A stretch of 64,000 nucleotides of DNA from assembly GCA_964187785.1 (NCBI GenBank), contig OZ076409.1, positions 69,814,001-69,878,000 of the forward strand, given 5' to 3'. The stretch comes from Amphiscolops sp. MND2022. Lineage: Eukaryota. The notes under the pieces were generated by a model. The model made no database searches and was not told the DNA's origin. It worked only from the letters and a program-made list of their open reading frames with translations. A program made the position numbers and the translations under genes. Shown piece after piece: positions 62,585-64,000 of this stretch (within the stretch, counting starts at the first letter, position 1; each line of letters begins with the position of its first letter).

Positions 62585-64000
62585 AACATCGCGATCCCCC
62601 AATCTTGTCGACACCGGCTCTCCGGTCACCATCATGCCCAACAATCTGACCCTGTTCAAATCAGCAGACATCCGACCATTGAAAGAAAGATACCAAGATG
62701 TGAACAAAAACGAGTTCAAACTCCTGGGGAATATATGGGTAAAATATGAAAACAAAAACACACATATCAAATTACCGCATATCAAATTGGGTAAAGCAAC
62801 TTCCAATCACCATCAACAGAATTTCATTGGATAAAGAAATCAAACAATCAGAGATGGCGATCCACACAAAATTCAAGAAACTATTTGAAACAAATCACAC
62901 AATCAAAAACACCGAAGTGAAAATACAGACCAAGCCGAGGTGTTACCGAAAACAACAGAAAGCACGACCAATACCGTACCACATACAAGACGATGTAAAA
63001 ATGAATTAGACCGAATAATAAAATCCGGACATCTGGAAAGACTAGAGACAATCGAAGAAGATTGTTTTGTATCCCCGGTAGTAATTACGGTGAAAAAAAG
63101 ACAAGACATTCAAAATCGCGCTTGATGCCCGTAACTTAAGCGATAGTTGCATCAAAAACAGACCACATATGCCAAAACATGGACGAACTACTTAACCAAA
63201 TTTCATCCAAACTGTCGAAAAAACGAGCTATATCCAATCTGGATATCAGTAAGAGATCTGGACTATGATTACGAATGAATGAAACTAGCTCCGGAAACAA
63301 GCAATCATTCCAATTTTGCCATTAAGGGAGAGAAAATAAACGGATATTACCTATTCTTGAAGTGATTTTACGGACCAACAGACTTACCGACCACCTTTCA
63401 AAAAAAAGATAGAACGAGCACTCGGCCACCAAGTATCTGTGTGGCTAGACGATATATTTATTGTGACACGCGGCGCAAAAGAGCAGCATACACAAAAACT
63501 GGAAGCAGTCCTAACAAAATTAGAAAACCAAGGATACAAAGCCAGGTAAAAAAGTCAAAATTCTACCACAATGAAAGAGTCTGGCTGGGACACACCATCT
63601 CGCAAGATGGAAACAGACCAAACAAAGGAAAAACAGACGCAATGAACAAACTGAACCCATCGACAAATACCAAAACAATTAAATTATTCCTCGGAGCAAT
63701 ACAATATGAAGTTCATAGCAAACTTACCCAAAGAGACGGACAACATGAGACAATACTTAAAAAGAGTAAAAAATGGCAATGGACGGAAGAACGAAACACA
63801 GACTTCAAAACTTTGAAAAAAAACTAACAACACAACCGTGTGTAGCACACTATAACGGCCACAAAGACAAGACAACATTGTCACAACCGACGCATGGAAC
63901 ATCAGTTTAGGAATAGCATTATGACAACGACAAAATGACAGTGAACTAAAACCAATTGCCTTTGCTAGCTTAATGATGCAGAAAAAAATACTCCGTCGAT
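62585..64000 (+). mobile_element. Decayed Mag-like Gypsy pol fragment (PR-RT-RH), running off the window
   Basis: VDTGSPVTI, CFVSPVVITVKK, WLDDI, WLGHTIS, TTDA; frameshifted. Confidence 0.87.

Overview
AT-rich animal genomic DNA with spliceosomal introns, dense repeats and one 200-N gap. The only host gene I can support is a + strand ankyrin-repeat gene with six phase-0 exons of 99-102 nt, one repeat each, spread over 10855-54287. Its repeat motifs match ANKRD6/Diversin (diego) as I recall that sequence; the start and end are not located. The rest is mostly mobile DNA: an intact Mag-like Ty3/Gypsy element (40267-46182, identical LTRs, 5-bp TSD), three decayed relatives, a 1.5-kb solo LTR that contains an ORF, a 2.16-kb tandem duplication, Tc1/mariner relics, hAT-, MULE- and TA-type MITEs, and a DINE-1/Helentron-like dispersed repeat. 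The most unusual signal is a group of non-coding LTR elements with TGTAAC...GTTACA ends, 3-bp TSDs (Troyka-like) and an identical 18-nt tRNA-Arg-type PBS set 15-16 nt away from the LTR. One member (33247-34933) is a foldback with two U3 ends but still has a clean TSD. All homology calls are from motif recognition by eye; no searches were run.
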